Of a DNA stretch of 64,000 bases, positions 1-9,990 are shown one piece after another. The notes beneath the pieces were generated by a model. It was not told the DNA's origin. It saw nothing but the letters and a program-made list of their open reading frames with translations, and did not search any database. The DNA is from an uncultured Candidatus Poseidoniales archaeon (GTDB lineage: Archaea > Thermoplasmatota > Poseidoniia > Poseidoniales > Thalassarchaeaceae): positions 79,553 to 143,552 of the forward strand of contig CAJJBW010000006.1 of NCBI GenBank assembly GCA_905182515.1, given 5' to 3'. Made by a program: the position numbers and the translations under genes. The first letter of the stretch is position 1. Every line of letters begins with the position of its first letter.

Positions 1-330
1 AAAATAATCGGAAGTGGAGCCTCAGTGACTTATATGGGCACTAAACCAGAACCAGGAACTACAGAACTTCATGCTCAATACAGAGATTATGATAACCGTA
101 TTCAAGATTTTGCAGTAAACCTTGCAAATGATTCTTATGCTCCACTAAATGTTGTCGATGTATCCCAAGGGTTTGAGGACATTGGAAATCCTAATTCATT
201 GTACCAAGAAGATGAATTACACCTTTCTTTAGAGGGTTATGAATATTGGAATCAATGGCTTGTCCAAGTATCGAATGATTCAGAATGTATCATTTGGCAA
301 AGTCAAGAATGCCGAGTAAGTATTGAATAA
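1..330 (+). CDS. SGNH/GDSL-family hydrolase, C-terminal part (gene starts before the window)
   Basis: Frame is open from base 1; block V-like catalytic DxxH motif in LYQEDELHLSLEGYEYW. Confidence 0.65.
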   Translation, partial: KIIGSGASVTYMGTKPEPGTTELHAQYRDYDNRIQDFAVNLANDSYAPLNVVDVSQGFEDIGNPNSLYQEDELHLSLEGYEYWNQWLVQVSNDSECIIWQSQECRVSIE

Positions 331-423
331 TTAATTATAATATTATACTATGTTACAAGGTTTTTGGATTGGCATCCATTAAAAATAGGAGAGGAAAGAT
401 ACAAATTAGTTCGTAATTGTGGA

Positions 424-671
424 TTGAAGATTAAGAGTGAAAATTGTCCAAATGTGGCAGTCGGGATTTGGCAGAAAGGAGGCCTTTTCGACATCAAGGC
501 TAAGGCATCATGATTACAGCGTGTAATCAGTTTAGGTACGTAGAATTGTATACATTAGATGACATAAAAAAAACTAGAAGGATGTGGTTCTTCGTTACTC
601 TCGGAATAACAGTTACAACCATTTTCTTCATTGCGCTATCAATTTATCTTGTGGTTATCTTCGCTAATTGA
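424..671 (+). pseudogene. Decayed zinc-ribbon plus C-terminal TM-helix protein
   Basis: CP-[1-nt deletion near 451]-CGSRDL..., in-frame TAA at 501-503, then ...ACNQFRYVELY (CxxC.Y.ELY-like with Cys to Phe) and a hydrophobic tail MWFFVTLGITVTTIFFIALSIYLVVIFAN*. Confidence 0.45.
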
Positions 672-711
672 AATGGTTTGTAGTGAGTCGTTACAGACGC
701 TAGGGAATATT

Positions 712-920
712 TCAGAAAAAGAATGGGTCTGCAAATAAAATATTCTTATCAACGTGCCGCCAATGATATTTATCTGAAATATCTGTGGATATTCCTTCTT
801 TGGCCTTCATGAAAATGTTTTACGAATCCATACTTTCTGATTGAGCAAACATTTGTCCACATACATCATAATAGTTACACCGATGGCAATACGGATGAGG
901 TTAAGGGTTGTTAATTCCAT
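712..920 (-). pseudogene. Small two-TM membrane protein, disrupted
   Basis: MELTTLNLIRIAIGVTIMMYVDKCLLNQKVWIRKTFS*RPKKEYPQIFQINIIGGTLIRIF...; internal TGA at 807-809 with protein-like sequence continuing, and a probable frameshift near the end. Confidence 0.45.
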
Positions 921-996
921 GCACTTCGTAACTCGAGGCGCTTTAGTATATCTGCGTCATCTGCCCTACAGAATAATACCTACTATCTTATTCCGT

Positions 997-2112
997 TTAC
1001 CCTTCTTCACTATTGTTTGAGTGCTCAGGAATTATCATCAGCACGTCTTCAGCATGCTGCTGGAAGAATGTATCAAATTCTGATAGATATTCATTCTTGG
1101 TCTTGTTGAAATTCTTCTCAAATGCGGCATCAAAGCCTAATTCATCAAGTTCCTCATAGAATCCATCAAGGAATACCTCTACTCCTTCATTGTGGACTAA
1201 ATATGCAATGAACCAAGCTCCAACATCATACGCATTTACTTGTGATGAATATTCAAGTTGGTCTAATGAAACGTTTTGTGAATTGTAGTCATCCTGGGAA
1301 ATTTCTAACTTGTGCTTCATTACATCTCTGAGATAGTTATCTCTTACGCCGTCCTGTGTAGAATACAATGACTGGGCCATGAACTCGGCTCCTCCTTCTG
1401 CGAACCAAGGTTTGTCTTTTCCACCCATTTTTGAATCTCTTTCACAAGTATCTCTGCTGTTTTCACTACATTCATCACTGATATGTGAATGTTGAAAAAT
1501 ATGGAAGTATTCGTGTAATGTTACTGGTTTGTAATCATCTTCTTCTGGACTAGGGTACTTGGCAGACATAGTCATCATCATGAAATCATATTCGAGATAA
1601 CTTCGCTTGAAAGTACTAATCGCAGCACCGCCATCATCGACATAATGGGTAAATATCTGGTAGTTTTCATTTGCACAATCCCATTCTTCATTCCAATTGG
1701 AATCGAGATCTTTGTGGCGTTCACAGTAAAAATCCTCCAATTCCTTAGCTGCATCTACGTCTTCACCTATGATATAGATTTCAACTGGCCCGTAGTTGCC
1801 CCATTCTGCAGCCCCTATGCTGTACCATTCGATTGTTAAGTTGAAGGTCTCATTAGAAACATCTGAAGTTTTGAAAATTTTCGGTTCAGCGCAAGTAACC
1901 ACTCTCCACTCGAGTGTGCCCGTGGTCCCATCGGGACAGGTAATTGCATTAGGTGAGATTTCAGGTTCGGAAGTAGAGCCTCCTGGATCTGAATTCGAGT
2001 TATCTCCGACATCATCAGGTTGAGAATCCGAGTCGTTACCATTACCGACACATCCCGCAAGGAAACTGATAAGTAAGGTCATACAGAGTAGGGCGGCCAA
2101 GGGTTTCTTCAT
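997..2112 (-). CDS. Lipoprotein zinc metallopeptidase (gluzincin-like HEXXH...E)
   Basis: Lipobox-type signal (LLISFLAGC), Asp/Ser-rich linker, HEYFH motif and downstream WFAEGGAEF. Confidence 0.7.
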   Translation of the reverse strand: MKKPLAALLCMTLLISFLAGCVGNGNDSDSQPDDVGDNSNSDPGGSTSEPEISPNAITCPDGTTGTLEWRVVTCAEPKIFKTSDVSNETFNLTIEWYSIGAAEWGNYGPVEIYIIGEDVDAAKELEDFYCERHKDLDSNWNEEWDCANENYQIFTHYVDDGGAAISTFKRSYLEYDFMMMTMSAKYPSPEEDDYKPVTLHEYFHIFQHSHISDECSENSRDTCERDSKMGGKDKPWFAEGGAEFMAQSLYSTQDGVRDNYLRDVMKHKLEISQDDYNSQNVSLDQLEYSSQVNAYDVGAWFIAYLVHNEGVEVFLDGFYEELDELGFDAAFEKNFNKTKNEYLSEFDTFFQQHAEDVLMIIPEHSNNSEEG

Positions 2113-2377
2113 GGAATAGCCAAGAGGTTGATATTAATGAGCATTACAGATAACCCTCTCAATGTCTCCTTCTTCCGCATCTTCTTTGATTTCCATTAGA
2201 CTCGGAAAAATACAAAAAGAATTCAGATGAATAATTCTCTATCTTCTAGACTTGTAAGAAACTGAATCAAACCATCTCTTCTCTTCTGGGGTTAATATTA
2301 ACTCGATGAATTGCCATCTTATCTTCAAGTATCTCACGCAATATAGAGAATTTGAGATCAGTATACTAGAAACGCTT

Positions 2378-3043
2378 TCAATATGGAATTACTTTAAGTA
2401 AAACTGCAAAATAATGACACATATTCCCTCCAAGTACGAACAGGTGCCAGATAGCATGATTGAAAGGAATTCTCTCAGACAAGTAGAATACTACCCCAAT
2501 TGAGTAGATTAAACCCCCTAGAATAATCAGACTCACGCCGTCCCACCCTACGGAATCAAACAAAGGTTTGATTGCAAAAATTGCAAGCCACCCCATTATG
2601 AGATATGGCGTTGCTGAGACGTAGTTAGGTACCTGACTATTCGTTATTCTGAGCGCGATCCCTGACACAGCACATCCCCAAATAAGAACAAAGAATACCC
2701 AACTGATCCATCCATTGAGACATATGATTATGAATGGCGTGTAAGAACCCGCGATCAGCAAAAAAATTCCAATATGATCTGCAACTCTCATTTTATGTTT
2801 TAATTCTAAATTTGTAACGGCGTGATACAAGGTTGAACAAAGGTAGCAAGCGATCATACAAAGGCCGAAAGTCACGCTCGACCATAATTTCCACGGGTCC
2901 GCAGTTAGCAGTGCTTCTGAGGCAAGAAAGTACAGGCCCACTCCTGCGAGAATGACCCCGAATCCATGAGTAATGACATTCGCAAACTCTTCCCTAGGTG
3001 GGTAGTATGATGCGTGTAACATCTGAGATGAACCATCCATCAA
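2378..3043 (-). CDS. Hemolysin III / PAQR family membrane protein
   Basis: EEFANVITHG, STLYH, DHIGIFLLIAGSYTP and HAIWHLFV motifs; about 7 TM segments. Confidence 0.92.
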   Translation of the reverse strand: MMDGSSQMLHASYYPPREEFANVITHGFGVILAGVGLYFLASEALLTADPWKLWSSVTFGLCMIACYLCSTLYHAVTNLELKHKMRVADHIGIFLLIAGSYTPFIIICLNGWISWVFFVLIWGCAVSGIALRITNSQVPNYVSATPYLIMGWLAIFAIKPLFDSVGWDGVSLIILGGLIYSIGVVFYLSERIPFNHAIWHLFVLGGNMCHYFAVLLKVIPY

Positions 3044-3160
3044 TAGAACCTTGATGGGCGGAAATAACTAGAGTATATAATTTTTAAGAAATTCCCCTTA
3101 ATTAGGGTAATCTAAGTTTTTATCAAAATAGTCATAAGGAGATTTGATTAGGTATGAAAC

Positions 3161-4069
3161 ATGAAGGTTGCAGTTATTCAGATGGCACCAGTTTTTCTCA
3201 ATAAAATGGCAACTTGGGATAAATTAAAAAAAATGATTTCTGAAGCTGCTGAAAATGGAGCAAAAGTAATCACATGGGGAGAAACACTAATTCCAGGATA
3301 TCCAGCTTGGTTGGATTTAACAGATTCCGCTGCGTGGAATAATCCTGCCCAAAAAAGAGCTTACTCAACATACGTTAGAGAATCTGTAAGCATGGAAGGC
3401 CCGATTGTAGCTGAAATGTGCGAGGTTGCTAAAAATTTCGGTTTGATTTTGATGGGCGGTATACTTGAAGGCGATGGAGGCGGGAGCGTATATTGCACTT
3501 TGATTACTATTGGTTCGTATGGCGAGGTATTAGGGCGTCATAGAAAGATTAAGACTACATTTAACGAACGATTGGTTTGGGCTGATGCTACTGATGTGAA
3601 TGATTTGAAAACTTATGATACACCAGAGGGTAAAATTGGTGGATTGAACTGTTGGGAAAATTGGATACCATTAGCTAGAGCAGCCTTACATAAACAGGGA
3701 GAAATGATTCATGTAGCAGTTTGGCCTGGTTCTTACAGTTTAACAAAAGATCTCTCGAGATTCATGGCTTTAGAAGGCCGAAGTTGGATTTTATCTGCAT
3801 GTGGAACTTTAATGGGTGAAGATTTTGAGAAATTAACGGAGGAGGATTTTCCCATGCGAGATACCATGGTAGGAGCAGGTAATTTACACACAGGTGGCTC
3901 AATAATTGTTAATCCCAAAGGAGAGGTCGTAGCTGGCCCGTTACCGGATTATGAAGAAGGAATATTATATGCTGATATTGACAAAAGAACTGTATTAGAA
4001 GAGCGTCAAAATTTTGATTATAGTGGCCATTATGGTAGACCTGATCTTCTTAGATTAGAATGGGATTAA
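3161..4069 (+). CDS. Nitrilase (carbon-nitrogen hydrolase family)
   Basis: E-K-C triad in GETLIPGYP, HRKIKTT..ER and LNCWENW; C-terminal D..GHY.RPD. Confidence 0.9.
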   Translation: MKVAVIQMAPVFLNKMATWDKLKKMISEAAENGAKVITWGETLIPGYPAWLDLTDSAAWNNPAQKRAYSTYVRESVSMEGPIVAEMCEVAKNFGLILMGGILEGDGGGSVYCTLITIGSYGEVLGRHRKIKTTFNERLVWADATDVNDLKTYDTPEGKIGGLNCWENWIPLARAALHKQGEMIHVAVWPGSYSLTKDLSRFMALEGRSWILSACGTLMGEDFEKLTEEDFPMRDTMVGAGNLHTGGSIIVNPKGEVVAGPLPDYEEGILYADIDKRTVLEERQNFDYSGHYGRPDLLRLEWD

Positions 4070-4271
4070 CCAGACGTGGACACATGGACGTCCGTAAAAT
4101 CATACTTGACTAAAACCAAATTGAGAATATAACGAATTGGAACTATCATAATTCACTGGTTTCACCGCCACTTCTTGGCCATCCATCCATTCATCCTTTA
4201 TTGAATTGATATAATATGGCGTTATTCCTAAGTACAAATAATATAGAATGGAATATATCTGAAGGCTTTTT

Positions 4272-6068
4272 ATGAGTACAGGTTATACGCCGATAGTATG
4301 CCCGCCAAACATGTCTCTTGCACCCACTGATTACAACTTCGGAATATCAACAAACTATTCGTTCGCCAGCACAATTTCGTGTTCCGACGAAGAAGCTCGG
4401 AAAATGTATGTACGCGCCTTTGGCCACATGTTGAACTACAACCATGAAGAAGCGATCGCATGTTTCAGCAAGTGCACTGAACTAGACCCAACTTGCGCCA
4501 TGGCATGGTGGGGCATAGCGTATTGTGTTTCTTCTAACTATAATTGGACTCCAGGATTTGCATCAGGATACGACCCAATACAGCAAGCTATTTCACTAAA
4601 AGATGGTTGTACGGAACTGGAACAAGATCTCATAGATGCACTTGCTGAGCGCCACTCAGAAGCTGCTCGAGATGCAGCTAACCCTGCAGAACTCAACATG
4701 GGAAACTCGCCGGAGCTAAATATTGCATTTGCACATGCTATGGCCCCTCTTTATGAAAAATACAATGGTAACTTAGACGTTGCAGCAATCTATGTAGAAG
4801 CTTTGATGAATCTTAATGCTTGGCAATTATGGAATAAAGATACAAAAACTGGCGTAATTACTCCTCTAGATGATAATACACTACTATGTATTCAGGTTAT
4901 GGAAGAGGCTTTTGAAACTGTAGAAGGAGCCAGAGAACACGTAGCGCTTTGTCATTTGTACTGTCACGCATTAGAACTCTCCCCGTATCCTGAGAAAGCT
5001 TTGCCGGCTGCTGACGTGCTCCGTACGCTTATGCCTGGAATGGGCCACCTAGTACACATGCCCTCTCATATCGATGCATGGGTTGGCCAATGGAAAGAAG
5101 CAATAGAATGTAATATTGCTGCCGTAGAGGCAGATGATAGATATGTCGAGCTCAGTGGTAATGAATCTCAGTTCTACAAGTTTTATCGTATGCATAATCA
5201 CCATTTTATAGTCTGGTGCGCCATGTTCGAAGGGCAGTATGAAACAGCACTCAAATATGCACGAAAAGCAGTGGCAACACTTCCTGCTGGAGATAAGGAC
5301 TCAGGAGTACAATTCATGCTTGCTGGGATCATTCCAATGGGTGCTATCTTCCTTGAATCCTATGTCACCATGCCGTGGCATGTCATGATTCGATTTGGAA
5401 AGTGGGATGAAATAATAAATGAGCCATTGCATACAGACAAAGATGTTTTTCCTGCAGCCATCGCAACACAACACTATGCACGTGGAGTAGCTTTTGCATC
5501 AAAGGGAATGGTCGCAGAAGCGGAAAATGAACAGATTTTATTTACCGATTCGCTTCAGAACCCAGCTCTTGCGGGCCGCGTGTTGCACAATAATTTGATG
5601 TATCAAGATCCAAAGGATGGCCCTTGTATTTTATTAGTTAATTCGGCTGTTTTGGCTGGAGAAATAGAATATCGCAAACAGTTCCAATCTAAGGCAAGAG
5701 GAGATGGTGCTGATTTTACAGTAGCCTTTAACCATCTACGCAATGGTGTGGATCTCTCTCTCAATCTCGCCTATAACGAACCTTGGGGGCAGATGCAGCC
5801 TGTCCGCCACATCCTTGGTGCATTGCTACACGAACAAGGAGAATTTGAAGAAGCAGAAGCCGTCTATCGTGCTGACATCAAACTATGGAAGGACAACATG
5901 TGGGGCTTGTTAGGCCTCAAACTATGCCTAGAAGCGCGCGGCGATTCCCCAACGGAACTTGCTGAAGTTACTGCATTATTCAAAAAGCGTAGTTCACGTG
6001 CAGACATCGTCCCAGCAAAAACTTGTTTCTGTGCACAAGATAGTATTGACAATAGTTGCTGTGATTGA
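4272..6068 (+). CDS. TPR-repeat protein with conserved His-rich motifs
   Basis: YNHEEAIACF..CTELDPTCAMAWWGIAY TPR start; HLYCHALE, GHLVHMPSHI and HNHHF motifs; C-terminal TPRs. Confidence 0.75.
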   Translation: MSTGYTPIVCPPNMSLAPTDYNFGISTNYSFASTISCSDEEARKMYVRAFGHMLNYNHEEAIACFSKCTELDPTCAMAWWGIAYCVSSNYNWTPGFASGYDPIQQAISLKDGCTELEQDLIDALAERHSEAARDAANPAELNMGNSPELNIAFAHAMAPLYEKYNGNLDVAAIYVEALMNLNAWQLWNKDTKTGVITPLDDNTLLCIQVMEEAFETVEGAREHVALCHLYCHALELSPYPEKALPAADVLRTLMPGMGHLVHMPSHIDAWVGQWKEAIECNIAAVEADDRYVELSGNESQFYKFYRMHNHHFIVWCAMFEGQYETALKYARKAVATLPAGDKDSGVQFMLAGIIPMGAIFLESYVTMPWHVMIRFGKWDEIINEPLHTDKDVFPAAIATQHYARGVAFASKGMVAEAENEQILFTDSLQNPALAGRVLHNNLMYQDPKDGPCILLVNSAVLAGEIEYRKQFQSKARGDGADFTVAFNHLRNGVDLSLNLAYNEPWGQMQPVRHILGALLHEQGEFEEAEAVYRADIKLWKDNMWGLLGLKLCLEARGDSPTELAEVTALFKKRSSRADIVPAKTCFCAQDSIDNSCCD

Positions 6069-6323
6069 GTCAGATACAGTCATACGATTAAGTATCATTT
6101 GATTTTTTAGTAACTCAATATAGTTATAATAAAACTAAAAGATATCTTATAAGAAGCATATTATTGATAATTTATATTTGTATTTGATTATCACGGGAAA
6201 CTTCTACATTTGACAAGTATATTATTGGCAAGGTCAAGGGTTGAATTTTTTTTTTATTTTAAATAATTGTTTCCAAATATCATTTTATCAATAAGCATTC
6301 TAATCATAACCATAAAGTTAGTT

Positions 6324-6602
6324 TTATTGTGTTTCGATGTGTTCTTCGTACCATTGATAGCAGGGGATTAGCCAAAATATTGAGCAGAGCGCTAGAGGTA
6401 GTGCTACACCTTGATAGTAATACATCGGGTCGTCTGTGAATAAATATAGGAAACTCAATACCAATGGTTGGTTTACTACCCATCCAAATAACGGGCGCAG
6501 GGCTACCTTTGATGTCAGTAGCATAACGGGCCCGCGCCAATTATACTGCTTAAGAATCTATCTTGACATTGAAGGACCTATTCTCAAGGTTTGGTAGGGA
6601 GA
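6324..6602 (-). pseudogene. Remnant of a membrane protein gene
   Basis: Hydrophobic 66-aa ORF (6324-6524) whose frame extends upstream through an in-frame TAG at 6558-6560; no convincing N-terminus. Confidence 0.3.
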
Positions 6603-6759
6603 TTATTATCGCCTATTCATTCTAAAAACAAGATGTGCGCCTCATGTTCTCACCATATCTCATTGAAGTAATTTTGCAATACTGTCATGCGCTTTGGATT
6701 GTAATATAGTAGTTATTTTAATATTAAACATATATGATAATTTTAAAATTACTATGAAA

Positions 6760-8013
6760 TCAAAATGAGTCCAATCTTGTTTGTTCCTGGTGCTTGACAA
6801 ACCAAGAATTTTTCAATTCGTTAGGGGATGATATAATTTTTGATAAATGATCTACTGCAAAATTTAATGAATCAAAGATTTTAGGTTGTTGGTTCATTGC
6901 ATCTCGTACTGTTTCTCTAATGAGCCACACTCCAACGGGAGCCCAATAACCTGGACCTATGTCTCTCCAAACAAGACACGATGCCGACTTTCTGACTTTA
7001 TTTAATGACTCCAATACCCCAAGTTTTGCTGCATAATATGCACCAGTCACATTACTGGCATAGTCAGTTCGCGGAAAAACATCCTCCCAATCGGTCTTGA
7101 CTTCAACAAATTGTTGTAATGTTTTTGATGGTTGATTGGATTCAGACCATAGTGACCCCTCAGTCCAATTTTCGATCATCTGATATGCCCAAATTCCTGG
7201 TGTTAATATAATATAGAATGAATTATCTAAATATGTTGACGTATAAACAAGGGTCTTATCTATAGAGTTATAATCTCTTATTTTTTCCCATAAATTCTTG
7301 CTTATCATATCATCAGTAGCTGTAATACTCCATCTTGTAGGGACTAGTTTTCTATCCTCTTTTTTCCCCAATAAACCAGTAGATAGCAGTCTCGAAATAT
7401 GTGATTCCCCAATAGATGATATTCCTAATTCTTTGATGGCGTCATTAGTTAAGAGGTCAGTCTCTTCGACTATTGAATCCACTTTCCGTGGAATGTGTGA
7501 ATTACCAATAATTTCTGCCCTAAGTACCTCTCCAGTTTGACCTAAGGGTGTACTCATTGTATCAAAACTAGGGGTTCCATTTAATTTCACTTTCTTCGCA
7601 AAATTCATTTCGATGTCAACAGATTTACTAGCCATTGCAATTTCTTGAGTTGTCTGTAGAATTTTGGTAGGGGTCAGGGGACTAGAAATTTTTGCTTTAC
7701 TACTTCCAGTTATAAGATTAGAATGCCTAATAGCGACTTCTTCAATATTTCTTCCAAACAAATCTGCAGGATCACCAGTTATATGATTATTGAACTCTTC
7801 ATTTTTCAGAGACCAAAATGCACTAGGGCCCACCCTTACATCTGGGTATCCATATCGTCCGATAAATACAGAAGGAGGGCTCGGGCCAACCATTTCATCA
7901 AAAGCACTTATTTCATAAGTAGGGAGTTTTTTACTCACTTGAGATAATAATGGGCAGGGATTAATTCCACACATACTGCGAACACCCCTACAATCTATAC
8001 ACTCGGGGAACAT
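6760..8013 (-). CDS. nreA: Nre family DNA repair protein
   Basis: N-terminal CxxCxGxxxxCGxxxCP, GPSPPSVFIGRYGYP, RKLVPTRWSITATDD, GAYYAAKL, APVGVWLIRE, and C-terminal PIP box QTRLDSF. Confidence 0.93.
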   Translation of the reverse strand: MFPECIDCRGVRSMCGINPCPLLSQVSKKLPTYEISAFDEMVGPSPPSVFIGRYGYPDVRVGPSAFWSLKNEEFNNHITGDPADLFGRNIEEVAIRHSNLITGSSKAKISSPLTPTKILQTTQEIAMASKSVDIEMNFAKKVKLNGTPSFDTMSTPLGQTGEVLRAEIIGNSHIPRKVDSIVEETDLLTNDAIKELGISSIGESHISRLLSTGLLGKKEDRKLVPTRWSITATDDMISKNLWEKIRDYNSIDKTLVYTSTYLDNSFYIILTPGIWAYQMIENWTEGSLWSESNQPSKTLQQFVEVKTDWEDVFPRTDYASNVTGAYYAAKLGVLESLNKVRKSASCLVWRDIGPGYWAPVGVWLIRETVRDAMNQQPKIFDSLNFAVDHLSKIISSPNELKNSWFVKHQEQTRLDSF

Positions 8014-8282
8014 TAGACAGAGGATAGAATTGATTGCACTTTAGTATACTGGAAGTCTTACATCGATATTTACGTTTTTTATCAAAAAAATGTCTGGCTA
8101 AACCACAAGTAATTCTCATGGCCCTAAATCTATAAAAAATATCTAATTGAAAGTGAAATTAATATAAGATTTAGACATATTCCTTATTAAATTAAATTGG
8201 TTAAGTGCCAAATATTTCCGGTAATTTTTACTTAGAAATATACCTTTTGTACAATGATACTATGCAGTGTACTAGTTTTCGA

Positions 8283-8867
8283 ATGATTATGGAACTCCTA
8301 GCCGCCTCACTAATGATTGCTGATTTTGTATTGGCCATATTTTTTGTAGTTTTGTTTCATTGGTTATATAATACAGAAAAGATTTCTCTTGCATATTTGT
8401 ATGCATTCTGGTTTGGCACACTGATTGGATCAACGTGGGAATTCACATTTCTCTTACTTGGCCCTGACTTTCTTCATGGAGCAGTGGAATGGCCATGGGG
8501 CTTAGATGGGTGGCCACGCAAGGTTTCACACTCAATTTGGGATGGTGCAATTTTTATGTTTGGAGTATACTTATGCCATCAATTTTTAGACGGGGACTTG
8601 TTTGAACGGTTTAACTATAAAGAACTTGGAATAATGTCATCTTGGGGTATTTTTCAAGAATTATTGGTTGAATATCTGTTCAATGGGCGTGTTTGGATTT
8701 ATGAACCATTATCTTGGAATCCAGTAATTATTCCTACTGTTCCTGGGTCAGCACCAATGTCCCCTGGGTACACATTGATTCCACAGGCAGTCTGGGTAAT
8801 TGCACCTGTCGTATTCTATCTTGGGTTCCTGTGGCTAATTAGGCAATATAATAAATCTGAATCATAA
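8283..8867 (+). CDS. Hypothetical integral membrane protein
   Basis: About 5 TM segments with intramembrane polar motifs (STWEF, HSIWD, QELLVE). Start chosen at MIMELL; ORF track starts at 8205. Confidence 0.6.
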   Translation: MIMELLAASLMIADFVLAIFFVVLFHWLYNTEKISLAYLYAFWFGTLIGSTWEFTFLLLGPDFLHGAVEWPWGLDGWPRKVSHSIWDGAIFMFGVYLCHQFLDGDLFERFNYKELGIMSSWGIFQELLVEYLFNGRVWIYEPLSWNPVIIPTVPGSAPMSPGYTLIPQAVWVIAPVVFYLGFLWLIRQYNKSES

Positions 8868-8916
8868 AGTATTGAATTATATGAAATTCATCATATTGGG
8901 ATCATTGGTAAAATAA

Positions 8917-9714
8917 TTAGCGTGATTTTCGCTTGCGACCGGTTCTTCTTCTTACACTATTTGAATTTCTATTCCCAGTACCCCTTCTAGAAGCTCTCAT
9001 ACTTCTCCTACGGTGGAACCAGGGGCGTCTATGCCACGCACTACCATGATAAACGCCTCCAAGGACTCCCCCTCCAAGGCGGTGATGAGAGGCGTTACTA
9101 GCATCAGAATTAGCACTATGATATTGGTCATTGTTTCCCTCACTCTTCATAAACAATATCATGCATAGGAGAATTATTAATCCACAACATGAAATCCCAA
9201 ATAATAAGTAACCAACATCCAGAGGTTGATTAAGTTGGCTAATAGAATTATCATTAATCTTATACCAAACCGTAATTATACTATTCACTGGTAATCGTTC
9301 AGTTTTAACTACTTCTAAGCAGGAATCTTCCCAATTTCCTAAAGATAATCTATCTTGACTATAATAATTATTTGCTGATACTGTGTAATTATAGGAGACG
9401 TCTGCTTTACAATCATAACTGTATGAATATATGCAATCGTAATATTCATCATATTCTTCATCATATAGGCAATTTTCTTCTTCTACTTCAAATTCTAACC
9501 ATTCAGTACCTTCTAGGACAGTAGCATTAGTAGTATCCCAAACATCATCCACATCAGGCGTCAAAATCGCACCAATTAATGATAATATTACTCCTATTGT
9601 TACTATGATTGAGATGAATAGATATCCTGGATCATCTGCAACCCATTTTGGCAGGAATCCCCTATTGTTACCTAGTACAGTAACTACCCCTTCTCTCCAA
9701 TTATCTTCCTGCAT
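8917..9714 (-). CDS. Two-TM membrane protein (DUF3592-like layout) with Arg-rich C-terminal tail
   Basis: TM, then W..T.ATV...V.Y.YTV...Y...ITVWY..N..S.L extracellular domain, then TM; basic tail. Start at MQEDNW. Confidence 0.6.
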   Translation of the reverse strand: MQEDNWREGVVTVLGNNRGFLPKWVADDPGYLFISIIVTIGVILSLIGAILTPDVDDVWDTTNATVLEGTEWLEFEVEEENCLYDEEYDEYYDCIYSYSYDCKADVSYNYTVSANNYYSQDRLSLGNWEDSCLEVVKTERLPVNSIITVWYKINDNSISQLNQPLDVGYLLFGISCCGLIILLCMILFMKSEGNNDQYHSANSDASNASHHRLGGGVLGGVYHGSAWHRRPWFHRRRSMRASRRGTGNRNSNSVRRRTGRKRKSR

Positions 9715-9990
9715 ACTGTAAAGCGCTAGAGGAAAACGTGTATAACATTTATGAAAGTTCATAAATTTATTTTTAGAAATTTTAAGGTACCAAACAAAGA
9801 TGGAACATTTTTATTAAGTTGTAGAAAGGAGTTGAGTCGGCATCCTGTTCAAATGGTATATTAACATTTATTTACATATTCTGTTCCCCTTGACAATACA
9901 TCTATTTAACTGATTTCAAAGGATTAATATATACTTCATAAATTCATTATACGGGCAAAAACTCATCACCCATAGCATATACCAGAATCC

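Noticed and set aside
2140-2340. Minus-strand fragment LTPEERDGLIQFLTSLEDREL resembling a cytochrome c peroxidase C-terminus
   Set aside because: Too short, with no heme motif or supported start; cannot be distinguished from chance.
6300-6700. Possible ncRNA (RNase P or SRP) in a GC-richer intergenic patch
   Set aside because: No RNase P or SRP consensus motifs found; better explained as a coding remnant.
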